The notes: generated by a model from the sequence alone, not told the origin. Shown: positions 1 through 8,537, counted from the stretch's first letter. The stretch: DNA of 52,044 bases from an uncultured Gaiellales bacterium (GCA_964569165.1 CAZMUG010000002.1:1-52044); one strand, 5' to 3'. Program-made: numbers and translations.

Positions 1-735
1 GCATGCCAGCGTCACCAGCATCCACAGCGCGCTCGACGCGCTGTCGGAACTGATGGCGGATTCCTGCGCCCGTGCGCGACGGCGCCGCACATACCTCAGG
101 ACGAGCCACGCGGCAGCGCCGACGACGGCCGCCGCCACCACGTAGTCGAAGTACCGGAACGCGTGATGGAACTCCTCCCAGTTGTCGCCCGTGAGATAGC
201 CGGCGCCGGCGAAGGCGAAGTACCAGATCGCGGAGCCGAGGAGCGTGAGCACCGTGTAGCGGACGAACGGCACCTCCAGCACGCCCGCGGGCACCGAGAT
301 GAACGACCGCACGACCGGCGTCAGCCGCCCGAGGAACACCGCCCAGTCCTCCCAGCGCTCGAACCAGCGCTCGGCGCGGTCGAGCTTCTCCTTGTCGAGA
401 TGGAGCCAGCGGCCGTGACGCTCGAGGTACGGGCGCCCACCGTAGAGACCGATCGCCCAGCCGATGACCGCGCCGATCGTGTACCCGATGGTGCCGGCCA
501 GCGCGATGGCGAGGTAGGCCGGGAGGCCCTCCTCGATCGTGCGACCGAAGAGCGTGACCTGGTGGCCGGCGAACGCGCCGGCGGCCAGCGCTCCTCCGTA
601 CACCATCACGAGCTCGCTCGCCGCGGGCAGCACGGCGTCCACGAGCGAGAGGAGGAAGACCGCGTACAGGCCGTGGTCGCCGACGGCCGCCGTGACGAGG
701 TCCGTGAGCTCGCTCAGGATCGAGGCCACCGGCAC
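1..735 (-). CDS. DedA family (SNARE-associated) membrane protein, 3' end runs off the window
   Basis: The minus frame is open from GTG (complement of 733-735) to position 1. The translation ...RWFERWEDWAVFLGRLTPVVRSFISVPAGVLEVPFVRYTVLTLLGSAIWYFAFAGAGYL... is typical of DedA. It is absent from the ORF track because it is open-ended. Confidence 0.8.
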   Translation of the reverse strand, partial: MPVASILSELTDLVTAAVGDHGLYAVFLLSLVDAVLPAASELVMVYGGALAAGAFAGHQVTLFGRTIEEGLPAYLAIALAGTIGYTIGAVIGWAIGLYGGRPYLERHGRWLHLDKEKLDRAERWFERWEDWAVFLGRLTPVVRSFISVPAGVLEVPFVRYTVLTLLGSAIWYFAFAGAGYLTGDNWEEFHHAFRYFDYVVAAAVVGAAAWLVLRYVRRRRARAQESAISSDSASSALWMLVTLAC

Positions 736-771
736 GAGGGGAGACTGTAGTCGTCAGTCCGGAGCGGCAGG

Positions 772-2556
772 CTACGCTTTCGGGCGCCGCACCGCGATCG
801 GGCGCGTGAGCGAGACGGAGCCGAGCTCGTTCGTCGCCGTCACCCGAACGATGTAGCTCCCGGCGCCGACGAGTCTCCCCGTCTGGGTGCGCCCGTTCCA
901 GCTCGCGCTCTGGTCGCCCGCCTCGAGCACGGAGTTGGAGATCACTCGGAGGATCACGCCCTCCCGAGTCTCGACCGTCACGCGAACGCGCGCTGACCGC
1001 GCCTGGGCCCAGCGAATCGGCGCCGTGCTCGCAGTCGTTCGCCTGAGCACGAGCCGCGCCGGGGTCACACGCAGGAACCCGAGCGTCGAGTTCACCGAGA
1101 AGCGCTTGGTCACCGAGGACGGGATCCCCTGATCGTCCACGGAGGACACGGTCATCGTCCAGCGGCCCTCGGCGGGCGGGAGCGGGTCGGTCACCGGTGC
1201 CGGAGGCTCGCCCTCGGGCGGGGGAGGAGGCGGCAGCGGGAGCGGCGGGAAGGCGACGTCGTACGTCCCCGGCTCCCGCGGTCCGGCCTCCTGGGCGGCG
1301 ACGGTGCCGTCGGGCGCCGTGAGCGTCATGGTCACGCTCGACGGTCGCACGATCTTGAACGAGAGCTTCTGCGACTCCGCGACCCCGTCGCCGTTCGGGG
1401 ACACGACGGGCTCGAGCGGCGGCGGCGCGAAGACGCCGTAGTACTGGAGCATCAGGGCGGTGGAGATGGGTCGCTCGCGCCCGTCCGAGGGCGCGTTCAG
1501 GACCGATCCGTCGAATGCGATCGTCGCCGAGCCGCCTCCGTCGAACGCCATCGCCTGCACTGCGCCGAGCCTCGCCAGCGCGAGTGCGAGCTCGAAGTTC
1601 GTCATCCCCACCGACAGCCCGGGCTGCCGGCCGTCGACGACGACCATCAGGATCCGCCCGTCCGCTCTCTGCCCGATGGCGGACCTCGGCCCTCGCGGTG
1701 CGAGCTGCGACACCGTGAACCACTCGTCGGACCTGAAGATCGCCTTCCCGTCGCGGACGAGCACGGGGCCGCCGCCGATCGCGTCGGAGATGCCCTGCCA
1801 CTGCGGGTCGAGAACGAGCCGGATGCGCACCGAGGTTCCCACGGCCGCCTCGGCCTGGAGCCTCACCGCGGCATTCCCCCGTGCGACGAGCACCGCGGTC
1901 CCTGGTTGGAGCTGCACCGGGCCGTTCGGTACCAGTGCCGCCACCGGCGCGACGAGCTCGGCGTTCGGCACGGCGGCCGGGAACGGTGTGAGCACGGCAG
2001 CGACCGAACCGGGGACTGCGGGCGTTGCACGGCCCCAGTCGCTCGTGAAGAGGGCGACGCCGTTCTTGTCGGGTACCTCGTTGAGGTCGCCGAAGGTCTT
2101 TCGCTGTCCGGTCCCGCGCCAGGTGCCGACGAACTTCACTCTCCTGACGTCGAGAGTCCCGTCGAGGCCGATCCCGGCGCTCGAGCGATTCGCGTTCGGC
2201 GGCGCGATGAGAACCCCGTCCCGAATGAGCCCGCCGCTGGGGCGGCCGTCGGCGAAGCTGAAGTAGTCGCCGTTGACCCCGACCTCGGTCGTCTGTGCAG
2301 CGAGCCGCCGCTGCATCGACGAGAGCGTCTCCCGGTTGAGAATCGTCTCGTTCGAGAGCACTGGACGCAGCCGGTAGAGCCCCACGGGCCGCGGTCCGGT
2401 GACGACGTGCAGGAGCACCGGCCCGTGCGGCGTGAACTGGACCTCGGACGAGTACGTGACTCCCGGGAACAGCTGGGACTGCCCGGCGGCGCCCGGTCCC
2501 GCGACGGCGAGGGCGGTCAGGCCGGCGAGCACGAGGGCGAGCGAGAGACGGGTCAC
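772..2556 (-). CDS. Secreted phosphodiester glycosidase family protein (DUF2233/NAGPA-like) with Pro-rich linker and C-terminal Ig-like domain
   Basis: 594-aa ORF with a signal-peptide-like N-terminus (LALVLAGLTALAVAGPGAAG). Core motifs are GVNGDYF, AIGQRADGRILMVVVDGRQ, GMTNFELA and AMAFDGGGS. A PPLPLPPPPPPEGEPP linker is followed by a beta-rich tail. Confidence 0.75.
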   Translation of the reverse strand: MTRLSLALVLAGLTALAVAGPGAAGQSQLFPGVTYSSEVQFTPHGPVLLHVVTGPRPVGLYRLRPVLSNETILNRETLSSMQRRLAAQTTEVGVNGDYFSFADGRPSGGLIRDGVLIAPPNANRSSAGIGLDGTLDVRRVKFVGTWRGTGQRKTFGDLNEVPDKNGVALFTSDWGRATPAVPGSVAAVLTPFPAAVPNAELVAPVAALVPNGPVQLQPGTAVLVARGNAAVRLQAEAAVGTSVRIRLVLDPQWQGISDAIGGGPVLVRDGKAIFRSDEWFTVSQLAPRGPRSAIGQRADGRILMVVVDGRQPGLSVGMTNFELALALARLGAVQAMAFDGGGSATIAFDGSVLNAPSDGRERPISTALMLQYYGVFAPPPLEPVVSPNGDGVAESQKLSFKIVRPSSVTMTLTAPDGTVAAQEAGPREPGTYDVAFPPLPLPPPPPPEGEPPAPVTDPLPPAEGRWTMTVSSVDDQGIPSSVTKRFSVNSTLGFLRVTPARLVLRRTTASTAPIRWAQARSARVRVTVETREGVILRVISNSVLEAGDQSASWNGRTQTGRLVGAGSYIVRVTATNELGSVSLTRPIAVRRPKA

Positions 2557-2799
2557 GGCGGACCGAGGCTACCTGGACCGAATACGCCGTTTTCCAGGTC
2601 TTACACCATCCGAACAGGACATCGAGAGCGCTTCCGTACGGCGGCTGGCATCCTCCCGCTCGGTGCGCGTCCTGGTCACCTGGGCAGCCCTGCTCGGCAG
2701 TGAGGGTGAACCGGGCGACGGCATCGCGAGCTTCGCTCGCAGTCTGACGGAGCTCGACCCGCGCTGAAGCCAGGGGCGTCGACCTGCCCTCACCGTCCG

Positions 2800-3897
2800 C
2801 TATTCGAAGACCTCGACCTCGCGATACAGCGTGTCGCGCTGCACCGGGGTCTTCCCCATCGCCTTGATGAGGTGCACGAGCTCGTCGGTCGTCGTGCGAT
2901 GCGTCGTGCCGGCTGCGGACACGACGTTCTCCTCGATCATCACCGAGCCCATGTCGTCGGCACCGAAGGCGAGGGCCACCTGGCCGACCTTCATCCCCTG
3001 TGTCACCCACGACGACTGGATGTGGGGAACGTTGTCCAGGTAGATCCGCGAGACCGCCTGCGTGAGCAGGTAGTCGAACGACGTCGGCATGTCCTCGTCC
3101 CGGACGACGTCGTCGAGGCGGTTCCCGTCGCGCTGGAACGTCCAGGAGATGAAGGCGCGAAAGCCGCGCGTCTCGTCCTGGAGCTCGCGGATCCGGCGCA
3201 TGTGCTCCACGCGCTCCTCGAGCGTCTCGACGTGCCCGTACATCATCGTCGCCGTCGTCGACATGCCGAGCCGGTGCGCCTGGCGCATCACGTCCAGCCA
3301 CTCGTCCGTCTTCGTCTTCTTCGGCGCGATGATGCGGCGGACGCGGTCGACGAGGATCTCGGCGCCGCCGCCGGGGAGCGAGTCGAGCCCCGCATCGCGC
3401 AGCCGCGCGAGCGTCTCGGCGACCGTCAGCTTCGAGCGGCGCGAGATGTGCTGCACCTCGGGCGGCGAGAGCGCGTGCAGGTGGATCTGGTAGCGAGCCT
3501 TGATCGAGCGGAAGAGGTCCTCGTAGAACTCGATCCCGAGGTCGGGATGGTGGCCGCCCTGCATGAGAAGCCCGGTGCCGCCGATCGCGAGCGTCTCCTC
3601 GATCTTCTTGAAGATCACGGGCTTCGGCAGGAGGTACGCCTCGCGCGTGTCCCCGGGACGGCGGTAGAAGGCGCAGAAGTCGCAATCGGTCACGCAGACG
3701 TTCGTGTAGTTGAGGTTCCGATCAACGATGAACGTGACCTTCGACGGGTCCGTCAGGCGGCTCCGGATCTCGTTCGCGACGCGGCCGATCGCGACGAGGT
3801 CGCGCGAGCGGAGGAGTGTGATCGCGTCCTCGTCGGTGATCCGCTCGCCGTCGAGTGCCTTCTCGAGGACGTGCGCTGACGGGGTCAGGTCTTGCAT
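2800..3897 (-). CDS. mqnC: Cyclic dehypoxanthinyl futalosine synthase (radical SAM, MqnC-type)
   Basis: Motifs RNLNYTNVCVTDCDFCAFY (CxxxCxxC), LLMQGGHHPDL, HALSPPEV, GGGAEILVDRVR, TATMMYGHVE and FISWTFQ. ORF-track entry 2800..4863 is read-through. The first start that keeps the conserved N-terminus is ATG at complement 3895-3897. Confidence 0.85.
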   Translation of the reverse strand: MQDLTPSAHVLEKALDGERITDEDAITLLRSRDLVAIGRVANEIRSRLTDPSKVTFIVDRNLNYTNVCVTDCDFCAFYRRPGDTREAYLLPKPVIFKKIEETLAIGGTGLLMQGGHHPDLGIEFYEDLFRSIKARYQIHLHALSPPEVQHISRRSKLTVAETLARLRDAGLDSLPGGGAEILVDRVRRIIAPKKTKTDEWLDVMRQAHRLGMSTTATMMYGHVETLEERVEHMRRIRELQDETRGFRAFISWTFQRDGNRLDDVVRDEDMPTSFDYLLTQAVSRIYLDNVPHIQSSWVTQGMKVGQVALAFGADDMGSVMIEENVVSAAGTTHRTTTDELVHLIKAMGKTPVQRDTLYREVEVFE

Positions 3898-3934
3898 TCC
3901 GACATGGGAATGTCGGAATGCAAGACCTGACCCC
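3881..3934. repeat. Perfect palindrome: 25-bp arms, 4-nt loop (GGGGTCAGGTCTTGCATTCCGACAT-GGGA-ATGTCGGAATGCAAGACCTGACCCC)
   Basis: Read directly from the sequence. The left arm is 3881-3905 and the right arm is 3910-3934. It lies between the mqnA stop (3945) and mqnC and includes the mqnC ATG. Its outer 14 nt are shared with the palindrome at 8550-8591. Confidence 0.9.
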
Positions 3935-3944
3935 TGGACGACGT

Positions 3945-4706
3945 TCACGCCGCTACCTCCTCGCGCACGAACCGGAGCTCGGGGACGTGCGGAAGCTCGC
4001 CCGCGTCCCGTGCCATCTCGAGAAACGTGTACAGGCCGGCGCGCTCGCGCGGCCCGAAGCTGAAACGGAGCTTCTCGAAGTAGCGGGCCATGAAGCCCGG
4101 CGGGTAGCCGTAGGTCTCGCTCGCCTGCCGCGCGAGGCGGTCCGGCTCCGAGCGCGCGAGCCGAACCGAGGCGACGAGCGCGTGCTCGAGCTCGATCAGA
4201 CCGTCGACCACCGGCTCCGGTGCCGCCCAGACTGCGAAGACCATGGGCAGTCCCGTCCGCTCCTGCCACACCCGGCCGAGGTCGAAGTGCGGTGTCGGAT
4301 CCTCGAAGGCACTCCGGAGCGCCGAGTCGCCGATCAGGAGGGTCGCGTCCGCATCCATGCCGAGCGGGACGATCTCGGCTCTGGGGAGGAGGACGCGCAC
4401 GAGGACGACCGAGGTCGCGCTCTCCGGCGTCACCGCGACCGACCGGACCTGGCCGAACGACATGCGGGTGACGAGCTGGATCGAGTCCACCGCCCCCTCC
4501 GACGAGACGCAGACTCGCGGGAGGATCCGCAACCGGTCGGCGTTGCGCGCGTACTCGATCGAGGAGATGGGCGCGATGTCGAGCTCGCCGTCGAGCAGCA
4601 TGCGGTTGAGCTCGGTCGGGACGCCGGCGACCTCCTCGACCTCCGCCTCGAGCCCGTAGAAGACGGGCGCCATGTTCACGTAGCTGATGCGGCCCAGCCG
4701 GATCAT
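3945..4706 (-). CDS. mqnA: Chorismate dehydratase (futalosine pathway MqnA)
   Basis: The translation MIRLGRISYVNMAPVFYGL...LDIAPISSIEYARN...PMVFAVWAAP...YFEKLRFSFGPRERAGL has the periplasmic-binding-protein-like MqnA pattern. The ATG at complement 4704-4706 overlaps the upstream stop (ATGA). Confidence 0.85.
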   Translation of the reverse strand: MIRLGRISYVNMAPVFYGLEAEVEEVAGVPTELNRMLLDGELDIAPISSIEYARNADRLRILPRVCVSSEGAVDSIQLVTRMSFGQVRSVAVTPESATSVVLVRVLLPRAEIVPLGMDADATLLIGDSALRSAFEDPTPHFDLGRVWQERTGLPMVFAVWAAPEPVVDGLIELEHALVASVRLARSEPDRLARQASETYGYPPGFMARYFEKLRFSFGPRERAGLYTFLEMARDAGELPHVPELRFVREEVAA

Positions 4707-4933
4707 CGGCGTCTCCGCTGGACGAAGAGCCCGCCCGCGAACACGGCCACGCCGACCCAGAGCACGATGACGGGTAAGGACACGTTCGCGCTGACGGGGA
4801 ACACCCCGGTCGAGATGAGCGCCAGGAGCGCGAGGACGACCACGGCCAGGATGCCGAGCACATACGCCAGCCCGACCCACATCGGCGTCCCGCCCGAGCT
4901 CTCCGGCGGCTTCTCCTTCGGCCGCCGCTGCAT
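4703..4933 (-). CDS. Small membrane protein (76 aa, two predicted TM helices), function unknown
   Basis: The translation is MQRRPKEKPPESSGGTPMWVGLAYVLGILAVVVLALLALISTGVFPVSANVSLPVIVLWVGVAVFAGGLFVQRRRR. Its stop overlaps the mqnA ATG. Codon usage is GC3-rich like its neighbours. Confidence 0.6.
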   Translation of the reverse strand: MQRRPKEKPPESSGGTPMWVGLAYVLGILAVVVLALLALISTGVFPVSANVSLPVIVLWVGVAVFAGGLFVQRRRR

Positions 4934-4941
4934 CGTGCGGC

Positions 4942-5265
4942 TCACGACTCCTCCCGGAGAACGGAGCCGAGCAGCACGAGCCAGGCGGGGAGCAGGAGCA
5001 GGCCGATCGACAGGCCGGTGAGAACGCACCACGCGGAGAGCGCCACCGCCGCTCCGATCCGCACCGCGCGTCCAGGAACGAGCACCGGAGCCGCGCAGAC
5101 CGGGACCGGAAGGACGACGAGCGGCCAGACCACCCCTGACGGATCACCGTCGCTTCCAACGACGATCCACGTCGCCGCGAGCACTCCGACCACCGAGAGC
5201 ACGAACGCCGCAACGGCCAGGGGGTAGGGCCGCCCGCCCGGTACCTGCACGTAGTCAGCTCTCAC
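4942..5265 (-). CDS. Small membrane protein (about 102-107 aa, three predicted TM helices), function unknown
   Basis: This is the C-terminal part of ORF-track entry 4942..6150: ...PYPLAVAAFVLSVVGVLAATWIVVG...VVWPLVVLPVPVCAAPVLV...AVALSAWCVLTGLSIGLLLLPAWLVLLGSVL. The GTG at complement 5263-5265 overlaps the mqnE stop (GTGA). An alternative GTG lies at 5250. Confidence 0.55.
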   Translation of the reverse strand: MRADYVQVPGGRPYPLAVAAFVLSVVGVLAATWIVVGSDGDPSGVVWPLVVLPVPVCAAPVLVPGRAVRIGAAVALSAWCVLTGLSIGLLLLPAWLVLLGSVLREES

Positions 5266-6371
5266 TCCCACCGCCGGAGCTCGTTGTAGAGGGTGTCGCG
5301 CTGCACGGGGATGCGGCCCGCGTCGCGGACGAAGCGGACGAGCTCCCCGACCTTCTGCTCGGTGCCGGCGCTCGCGCCGGCGGCCTGGAACACCTCCTCG
5401 CGGACGACGGTGCCCTGGACGTCGTTCGCGCCGAAGTGGAGGGCGACCGCCGCGAGGGGCATCCCCATCATGATCCAGTAGGCCTTGACGTTCGCGACGT
5501 TGTCGAGCATCAGCCGCGAGAACGCGAGCATCTTCAGGTCGTCCGTGCCCGTCGTGTGCCGCCAGCCGCGACGCTCGAAGACGGTGTTCTCCGGATGGAA
5601 GGCGAGCGGGATGAACGCCAGGAAGCCGCCGGTGCGATCCTGCTGGTCCCGGAGCCGGAGGATGTGGTCCACGCGCTCCTCGTAGGTCTCGACGTGCCCG
5701 TACAGCATCGTGCAGTGGGTGGGGATGCCGAGCCGGTGGGCCGTGTCGTGCACGTGGAACCAGATGTCGGGGCTCTCCTTGCCCGGCGCGACGAGGCGGC
5801 GGACGCGGTCGGCGAAGATCTCGGCTCCGCCGCCGGGCAGCGACCCGAGGCCGACGTCCTTGAGCTCGCGGAGCACGGCCTCGTGCGAGAGGCCGGAGAG
5901 CGTCGTCATGTGATGGATCTCGGAGGCCGTGTAGCACTTGAGATGCACGTCCGGGAGCGCCTCGTGCAGCTGCGCGATCGTGTCCCGGTAGTAGGCGAAG
6001 TCCACGTGCGGGCTCTCCCCGTTGACCATGTGGATCTCGGTGTACTCCGTGAGCTCGCGCTGCCGGACGACGTCCTCGACGAGTTCCCCGGGAGTCATCG
6101 TGTACGCGTGCGCCTGCTTGCTCGTGGCCGCGAACGCGCAGAACTTGCACTTCACGCGGCAGACGTTCGTCTGGTTCACGTACAGGTTCTGGACGAAGTA
6201 GGCCTCATCCGTCCCCCCGCGGAGCCGTCGCGCGTCGTCGGCGAGCCGGCCGATCGTGAGCAGGTCGTCGGACTCGAGGATGGCGAGCCCGTCCTCGAAG
6301 TCGAGCCGCTCGCCGGCCTCGACCTTCTCCCGGATCGGCTCCAGCGTGCTCGGAGCGAGAACGGCTATCAG
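5262..6371 (-). CDS. mqnE: Aminodeoxyfutalosine synthase (radical SAM, MqnE-type); start apparently non-canonical
   Basis: Motifs NQTNVCRVKCKFCAF, TEIHMVNG, CYTASEIHH, GGGAEIFADRVR, CTMLYGHVE and FIPLAFHPENT. The conserved N-terminus (STLEPIREKVEAGERLDFEDGLAILESDDLLTIGRLADD...) lies upstream of the first GTG (6179). The frame opens at CTG 6371 directly after an in-frame TAG. Confidence 0.8.
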   Translation of the reverse strand: MIAVLAPSTLEPIREKVEAGERLDFEDGLAILESDDLLTIGRLADDARRLRGGTDEAYFVQNLYVNQTNVCRVKCKFCAFAATSKQAHAYTMTPGELVEDVVRQRELTEYTEIHMVNGESPHVDFAYYRDTIAQLHEALPDVHLKCYTASEIHHMTTLSGLSHEAVLRELKDVGLGSLPGGGAEIFADRVRRLVAPGKESPDIWFHVHDTAHRLGIPTHCTMLYGHVETYEERVDHILRLRDQQDRTGGFLAFIPLAFHPENTVFERRGWRHTTGTDDLKMLAFSRLMLDNVANVKAYWIMMGMPLAAVALHFGANDVQGTVVREEVFQAAGASAGTEQKVGELVRFVRDAGRIPVQRDTLYNELRRWE

Positions 6372-7270
6372 CTACTCCTCTCCACGACTGCCCAGGTCAG
6401 AGCTTCGAGCTCCTCCCGCCTGGCTGCGCCGTCGAGATGGGCTCGCGCCCGCGAAGCGTAGTGGAGCGCGCGCTCCCGGGACCGCTCGAGCGCACCGGTC
6501 GCGGCGACCCTGACCAGCACGCCCTCCTTCGGCCCCCCGGCGAGCGCGTCCGCAACCACGGGGTCCGCCTGGGCGGCGAGCAGCAGCGGGAGGGTCGGGG
6601 TCCCGTCGCGAAGGTCGGTGCCAGGCACCTTTCCGGTCTCGATCGTCTCGCCGGAGCAGTCGAGCACGTCGTCGGCGATCTGGAAGGCGATGCCGAGCAG
6701 GCGCCCGTACTCGCCGCTTCCGCCGCCGAGCACGCACGCGGCCTCGAACAGCTTGCCCGTCTTGAGGGCGCACCGCTCCACGTAGTCCTCGACGCGCGTC
6801 GAGGGGTCGTGGCGCTGGCTCCGTTGCAGGGCCTCCCCGCGGGCGAGCCCGAGCGCGGCGTCCGCGAGGATCGCGACGGCCCCGTCATCTCCCTCCGTTG
6901 CGAGGACCGAGAACGCGCGAGCGAAGAGGTAGTCGCCCGCGGCCTTCGCGGCCAGGGCGCCGTGCTCGCTCCACGCCGCGGCACGGCCGCGTCGGACCGC
7001 AGCGCCGTCGATGAGGTCGTCGTGGACGAGCGTCGCCATGTGCACGAGCTCGACGGCGACGCCTGCTGCGAGCGGCGGCTCCGTGCCCGGTGCCGACGAG
7101 AGAAAGGCGAGCGCCGGCCGCAGGCGCTTGCCACCCGCCTGCACGGCGTCTGCGCCCACCTCCGCGACGAGCCCGGGATACCGCGAGACTGCAGCGAGCA
7201 GGCGCTCCTCGACGTCCTCGAGGTAGTCGTCCAGTCCCGACGCCGCCCGAACCACCTCGAGCGCGCTCAC
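6368..7270 (-). CDS. Polyprenyl diphosphate synthase (trans-IPPS, long-chain type)
   Basis: Motifs GGKRLRPALAF, LVHMATLVHDDLID (first DDxxD), KTGKLF and FQIADDVLD (second DDxxD). The GTG at complement 7268-7270 overlaps the menG stop (GTGA). Confidence 0.85.
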   Translation of the reverse strand: MSALEVVRAASGLDDYLEDVEERLLAAVSRYPGLVAEVGADAVQAGGKRLRPALAFLSSAPGTEPPLAAGVAVELVHMATLVHDDLIDGAAVRRGRAAAWSEHGALAAKAAGDYLFARAFSVLATEGDDGAVAILADAALGLARGEALQRSQRHDPSTRVEDYVERCALKTGKLFEAACVLGGGSGEYGRLLGIAFQIADDVLDCSGETIETGKVPGTDLRDGTPTLPLLLAAQADPVVADALAGGPKEGVLVRVAATGALERSRERALHYASRARAHLDGAARREELEALTWAVVERSS

Positions 7271-7950
7271 GGCTTCGTCCCCGTGTGCAACGCGACGATG
7301 CCGCCTCCGAGCAGCCGGTAGCCGACGTCGCCGAATCCCGCCCCCTCCAGGAGGGCCGACAGGTCGTCGGGCCCGGGAAAGCGGCGCACGCTTGCGGGGA
7401 GGTATGCGTACGCCTTCCCGCCCGGGAGCACCTTGCCGGCAAGCGGGACGAGCACGTCGAACCAGATCCTGAAGAACGGTCGCAGGACCCCGCTGGGGCG
7501 CGTGATCTCGAGCACGGCCAGCTTTCCCCCGGGCCGAAGCACGCGGCAGAGCTCGCGCAGCCCGGCCTCGAGGTCCGCGAGGTTGCGGACGCCGAAGCCG
7601 ACAGTGGCGGCGTCGAACTGCCCGTCCTCGAACGGAAGCGCCAGCGCATCGCCCCGCACCCAGTCGATCGTCCCCGACTTCCGCCGCGCGCGCTCGAGCA
7701 TCTGCTCGGAGAAGTCGAGCCCGGCGACGTGCCCCCCACGCCGCTCGGCGGCCACGGCGAGGTCGCCCGTGCCGCAGCAGGCGTCGAGGACACGATCTCC
7801 CGGCCAGACGACGAGCGAGACGGCGAGACGGCGCCAGCGCTGGTCGAGCCCCGCGGTCATCACGCGGTTCATGACGTCGTAGACCGGCGCGATGCGGTCG
7901 AACATCCCCTCGACGGCGTCCGGGGCGAGCGTCCCGGACTCGTGCGTCAC
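7267..7950 (-). CDS. menG: Demethylmenaquinone methyltransferase (UbiE/MenG family)
   Basis: Motifs MFDRIAPVYDVMNRVMTAGLDQRWRR, VLDACCGTGD (SAM motif I), FGVRNLAD and LRPGGKLAVLE. The GTG at complement 7948-7950 overlaps the ubiX stop (GTGA). Confidence 0.9.
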   Translation of the reverse strand: MTHESGTLAPDAVEGMFDRIAPVYDVMNRVMTAGLDQRWRRLAVSLVVWPGDRVLDACCGTGDLAVAAERRGGHVAGLDFSEQMLERARRKSGTIDWVRGDALALPFEDGQFDAATVGFGVRNLADLEAGLRELCRVLRPGGKLAVLEITRPSGVLRPFFRIWFDVLVPLAGKVLPGGKAYAYLPASVRRFPGPDDLSALLEGAGFGDVGYRLLGGGIVALHTGTKP

Positions 7951-8537
7951 GGGTCGCCCCAGCGCCGAACGAGGGCATTGTCGATCCCGATCTGGTCGAG
8001 GCAGCGGGCGACGACGAAATCCACGAGATCGTCGATCGAGGCCGGCCCGTGGTAGAAGCCGGGCGCCGCGAAGAGAATGACCGCGCCGGCCTCGTTCAGC
8101 GTCGCCAGCCCGCGGAGATGGATCGACGAGAGCGGTGTCTCGCGAGGGACGAGCACGAGGGTGCGGCGCTCCTTCAGCGCGACCGAGGCGGCCCGGTGGA
8201 CGAGGTTCTGCATCGCGCCCGCCGCGAGCGTCCCCACCGTGGCCATCGAGCACGGACAGATCACGTAGGCGTCGACGCGGGCCGACCCGCTCGCGTAGGG
8301 GCTCGAGAAGTCGTTCTCGCCGTAGACGGTGACCTGCTCGGCCGCGCTCCCGACGAAGCGCGCGAGCACCTCCTCGCGCGGGAGCGAGGGATCGCCGTAC
8401 AGCTCCGTGGCGAGCACCTCGATCCCCGAGCGCGACGCCGTGAGCCCGATCTCGCAGTCGACGGCCGCAAGCGCCTGCAGGAGGCGCTCGGCGTAGGGTG
8501 CGCCGGAAGCGCCGGTCACGCCGAGGAAGACGCGCAC
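7947..8537 (-). CDS. ubiX: Flavin prenyltransferase UbiX (MqnM-type in futalosine organisms)
   Basis: 196-aa ORF with MRVFLGVTGASGAPYA, VICPCSMATVG, LKERRTLVLVPRETP and HGPASIDDLVDFVV. Confidence 0.9.
   Translation of the reverse strand: MRVFLGVTGASGAPYAERLLQALAAVDCEIGLTASRSGIEVLATELYGDPSLPREEVLARFVGSAAEQVTVYGENDFSSPYASGSARVDAYVICPCSMATVGTLAAGAMQNLVHRAASVALKERRTLVLVPRETPLSSIHLRGLATLNEAGAVILFAAPGFYHGPASIDDLVDFVVARCLDQIGIDNALVRRWGDP

Noticed and set aside
163-750. 195-aa plus-strand ORF (also 539..856) at the window start
   Set aside because: It is antisense to a clear DedA-family gene. Its composition is Arg/Glu/His/Asp-rich and lacks motifs. This is the typical shadow ORF of a very GC-rich genome.
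2557-2799. 243-nt gap between mqnC and the phosphodiester glycosidase gene. I looked for a riboswitch (for example the c-di-AMP type), a tRNA or a small gene.
   Set aside because: There is no cloverleaf and no recognisable riboswitch core. Only a 6-bp GCGAGC-GAA-GCTCGC hairpin is present. The plus-strand tail of ORF 2399..2767 has no start or family support. It is left unannotated.
2800-4863. Long N-terminal extensions in many ORF-track entries (for example 2800..4863, 3945..5213, 6368..7978, 7267..8253, 19486..21036, 22119..23792, 45592..48516)
   Set aside because: The upstream portions are Arg/Pro-rich read-through across the preceding gene in another frame. The conserved domains begin at internal ATG/GTG codons that usually overlap the upstream stop codon, so the internal starts were used.
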